From the NCBI GenBank assembly GCA_963848965.1, contig CAWKFG010000001.1, positions 128,001 through 192,000 on the forward strand: DNA of 64,000 nucleotides, in the 5' to 3' direction. The DNA is from an uncultured bacterium. GTDB taxonomy: Bacteria; Babelota; Babeliae; Babelales; Babelaceae. Positions 61,355 to 64,000 of this stretch are shown here, in pieces (within the stretch, counting starts at the first letter, position 1; every line of letters starts with the position of its first letter). Both the position numbers and the translations under genes were made by a program. The notes under the pieces are model-generated. The model saw only the letters and a program-made list of their open reading frames with translations. It was not told the origin of the DNA and did not search any database.

Positions 61355-62528
61355 CTTTCGCAAAAATTTTCCCTTTTTTTCTAGTGATAAGCCGCTTATT
61401 TATTTAGATAATGCTGCTACTACCCAAAAACCGCAAATGGTTATTGATGCTATAAACTATTTTTATAGTTATCAAAATGCTCCTGTACATAGAGGTATTT
61501 ATGCACTTGCTGAGCAAGCTACTCAGTTATATGAAGATGCTCGACAAGCGGTTGCACGTTATAGTGGTGCATTTGATGATGAAGTGATTTTTACAAAAGG
61601 TACTACCGAGAGCATTAATTTTATCTCTGCTACGTGGGCATCAAACTTGCAGCCGGGTGATGAGGTTATTATCACAGAGCTGGAACACCATGCAAATATA
61701 GTGCCTTGGATTCGGTTAAGTCAAACACATGGTGTACAACTGCGCTATGTGCCTGTTAATGCAGATGGTACGTTAAACTACGAGCAGTATCTTTCGTTAC
61801 TTTCTTCAAAAACAAAGCTTGTCTCATTTACTGCATGCTCTAATGCACTTGGTACTATGGTAGATCTTCCATTTATGATTACTCATGCTCATGCAGCAGG
61901 TGCTAAAGTGCTTGTTGATGCTGCACAGATAGCAGGGCGAGAAAGGCTCAATGTACATGAATTAGGTGTTGATTTTCTAGCATTTTCAAGTCATAAAATG
62001 CTTGGTCCTACAGGTATAGGAGTGCTTTTTATAGCACGAGAGCTTCAGAATGCAGTTGAGCCTTATCAAGTTGGTGGGGGAATGGTATTTGAAGTAGATC
62101 TCTATAAAGCACTATGGCTTAAGCCTCCACGCAAATACGAAGCGGGAACACCGGCTATAGCAGAAGCTGTTGGTTTTAAGGCTGCAATTGAATATATAGA
62201 GCACAATGTGTCTTGTGAAGTATTAAAAGCTCATGAAAAGACGCTCTCTACAAAGCTTTACTTAGCACTTAAAAAGTTTTCTTCAGTGACTATTTTGAGT
62301 CCTCCAGGAAGTCACATAGTAACTTTTGTAAGCACTCAATTTCATGCTCATGATATAGCTGCATATGTAGACCAATTTGGTATTTGTGTACGTGCAGGAA
62401 ACCACTGTGCTCAGCCGCTTCATAAAAGGCTTGGTGTTGATTCTTCTGTACGAGTAAGCTTTTATCTCTATAACACTGAGCAAGAGGTAGATGCTCTTAC
62501 TTCTGCTCTTGAAAAGCTTTTTGCTTGA
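61344..62528 (+). CDS. sufS: Cysteine desulfurase SufS
   Basis: YLDNAATTQKP, EHHANIVPW, SSHKMLGPTGIG, RAGNHCAQP; GTG start after GAGG. Confidence 0.96.
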   Translation: MPHNFRKNFPFFSSDKPLIYLDNAATTQKPQMVIDAINYFYSYQNAPVHRGIYALAEQATQLYEDARQAVARYSGAFDDEVIFTKGTTESINFISATWASNLQPGDEVIITELEHHANIVPWIRLSQTHGVQLRYVPVNADGTLNYEQYLSLLSSKTKLVSFTACSNALGTMVDLPFMITHAHAAGAKVLVDAAQIAGRERLNVHELGVDFLAFSSHKMLGPTGIGVLFIARELQNAVEPYQVGGGMVFEVDLYKALWLKPPRKYEAGTPAIAEAVGFKAAIEYIEHNVSCEVLKAHEKTLSTKLYLALKKFSSVTILSPPGSHIVTFVSTQFHAHDIAAYVDQFGICVRAGNHCAQPLHKRLGVDSSVRVSFYLYNTEQEVDALTSALEKLFA

Positions 62529-62620
62529 GGTTAGGTTGCTTGTTAGTCTATTTATAAAAAAGAATTATTTTATAATTATTTAAAATGGTATATTTAGATA
62601 AAATATTAGAAAGTATGAGC

Positions 62621-62845
62621 ATGGAAAAAGAAGATCTACTTAAACGTATTATCCGAGATCCAAAGATAATGCTGGCTAAACCTACCATTAAAGGAACTTG
62701 AATAACGGTAGAACCCATCTTAGGCTTGTTAGCTCACGCAAGACCAACTCATGAGATATTACAACAGTATCCAAGGCTCACAGAAGAAGATATTTTTGCA
62801 TGCTTGAATTACGTTGCTCGCTTAAATCCTTTAATACCTTTATAA
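62621..62845 (+). pseudogene. DUF433-family protein with in-frame stop
   Basis: RIIRDPKIMLAKPTIKGT*ITVEPILGLL...EILQQYPRLTEEDIFACLNY; TGA 62699-62701 where GTRI is expected. Confidence 0.85.
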
Positions 62846-63138
62846 AAAAAAATTCCGCCAATGAGTCCTACAGGAGCCATAACTGCTGCTACATATTTTG
62901 CAGTAGTAGCTAAATGGCTATTGGATTTTTTGGCGTTCTTGATAACGCTCACACTTTCCCATATGCGATCGCCAGCCCAATAGAGTAAGAGACCGCCAGA
63001 AAGAGTTTTAAATCCAGGACTAATATAATGAGCAAAACTACTGGACTTTTGTGCGAGAGCTTCTTGTGTGTTTGTACATTGAGTTTGTATAGTAAACAAG
63101 AAAAATGCTGTCGATAAAAATAAAATTATTCTTTTCAT
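62809..63138 (-). CDS. Small exported/membrane protein
   Basis: GGAGG RBS, signal peptide, two hydrophobic segments. Confidence 0.7.
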   Translation of the reverse strand: MKRIILFLSTAFFLFTIQTQCTNTQEALAQKSSSFAHYISPGFKTLSGGLLLYWAGDRIWESVSVIKNAKKSNSHLATTAKYVAAVMAPVGLIGGIFFYKGIKGFKRAT

Positions 63139-63378
63139 AAAACCTCCAAAATAATTATCTAAAGTTTAGCATACAGCGAAAAATATATAAAATGGTTGAT
63201 AGCTGTCTGCTTGTATTTAGTTTTGCTAGATGTATTCTTGAAATTAATACTGGTGATTAAGAAGTGTCATTAAGATAGGGGTGCTCAACAGTATGTATAC
63301 TTATTGTTGACAAAAGTGCTTACTGAGATAAAATAGTAATGTAATTTCAAATAAAAAATAAATACACTGTGAGAAACG

Positions 63379-64000
63379 ATGCTTAATTCATTCATTACAC
63401 TTTTGAGTTTGTTGTTTTGCCTTTCGAGTCCATTATGGTCAATGGAAGTGGAGAGTCCTGAGCAGCAAAGTTCTGCTAGCAAAGATAAGTCTTTTGTGCT
63501 TGAGATGCATGAAAAGGCATATCCTCTTTCGTTGCGTACTGTGTTATCACACATAAGTACGTATCAATATATAAAAGATGTAGCTACTGAAAAAATTTCT
63601 GGCTTTCATTGGTATGGCGCATATAAACCAGAAATTATTTCTCTTGCCTATGGAACACTTTGCAAAATTACGCCTTTTCTTTGGGTTGTTACTTCTGGAG
63701 ATATTACAAAATTTCATAAGGGCTCCCTTATCTATAAAGGAAAAGTGCTTGAAGGAGTAAAAACATTCTTTCCTTCTCAATGGAAACAAAAGGATATATG
63801 TTCTTATGTACAGCACATGGCTACAAAGGGTTCTGTTACTATAAAAAAGAAAGAGCAAGAAGGTACTCAAAAGAAATATGGTGTTATGCTTACAGCTCAA
63901 GATAAGGTGCCGCTTTATCTTATTCTGCAAGAGTGTCCTTCATTAGATAAAGAAAATATGCATCTTCTTACACTTCATCCTCTTTTATCTGAAAAGCAAA
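63379..64000 (+). CDS. Exported EndoU-like ribonuclease (runs off the window; not in ORF track)
   Basis: Open frame of 207 codons: MLNSFITLLSLLFCLSSPLWS-MEV...SHIS...KISGFH...KTFFPSQWKQKDI...LTLHP. Confidence 0.65.
   Translation, partial: MLNSFITLLSLLFCLSSPLWSMEVESPEQQSSASKDKSFVLEMHEKAYPLSLRTVLSHISTYQYIKDVATEKISGFHWYGAYKPEIISLAYGTLCKITPFLWVVTSGDITKFHKGSLIYKGKVLEGVKTFFPSQWKQKDICSYVQHMATKGSVTIKKKEQEGTQKKYGVMLTAQDKVPLYLILQECPSLDKENMHLLTLHPLLSEKQ

Noticed and set aside
62699..62701. In-frame TGA suggesting an alternative genetic code
   Set aside because: The position corresponds to Arg (CGA to TGA), and TGA terminates intact genes such as secY, adk, rpoA and sufS
63285..63930. Two minus-strand ORFs at the window end
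   Set aside because: Antisense to the plus-strand ORF from 63379, which has a promoter, signal peptide and motifs
1..64000. tRNA, rRNA, integrase, transposase or prophage genes
   Set aside because: None recognisable by eye; covariance-model and HMM scans would be needed to exclude small RNAs

Overview
AT-rich bacterial chromosomal window. The many ankyrin/WD40 proteins, Sec-signal-bearing orphans and reduced ribosomal gene set suggest an intracellular protist-associated bacterium, most likely Dependentiae (TM6/Babelota); this is inference, not a database result. 1-3 kb: an ankyrin gene, its decayed paralog and an ATPase remnant. 3.5-22.9 kb: fused str-S10-spc-alpha ribosomal superoperon (rpsL to rplQ; no rpmD; rplO frameshifted; rpmJ missed by the ORF track) ending with a NifU-like gene. 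23-28.4 kb: tandem array of five related exported membrane-hairpin proteins. 28.5-57 kb: accessory region with trxB, brnQ, a polar amino-acid ABC importer, a GC-rich hairpin element, many candidate effectors and decayed toxin-antitoxin remnants. 57.5-62.5 kb: sufCBD-X-sufS. The window ends in an unannotated signal-peptide EndoU-like nuclease. Top finding: both amino-acid importers are preceded by unannotated leader peptides with the same design, a 23-30 nt pure pyrimidine tract followed by cognate codons at the stop (HHHYHHCH* before the ABC importer, ITATIIL* before brnQ) and no intrinsic terminator, suggesting ribosome-gated, Rho-dependent attenuation of nutrient import. A second theme is a recurrent 'signal peptide then Met-Glu/Gln/Asn' N-terminal signature across unrelated exported proteins.
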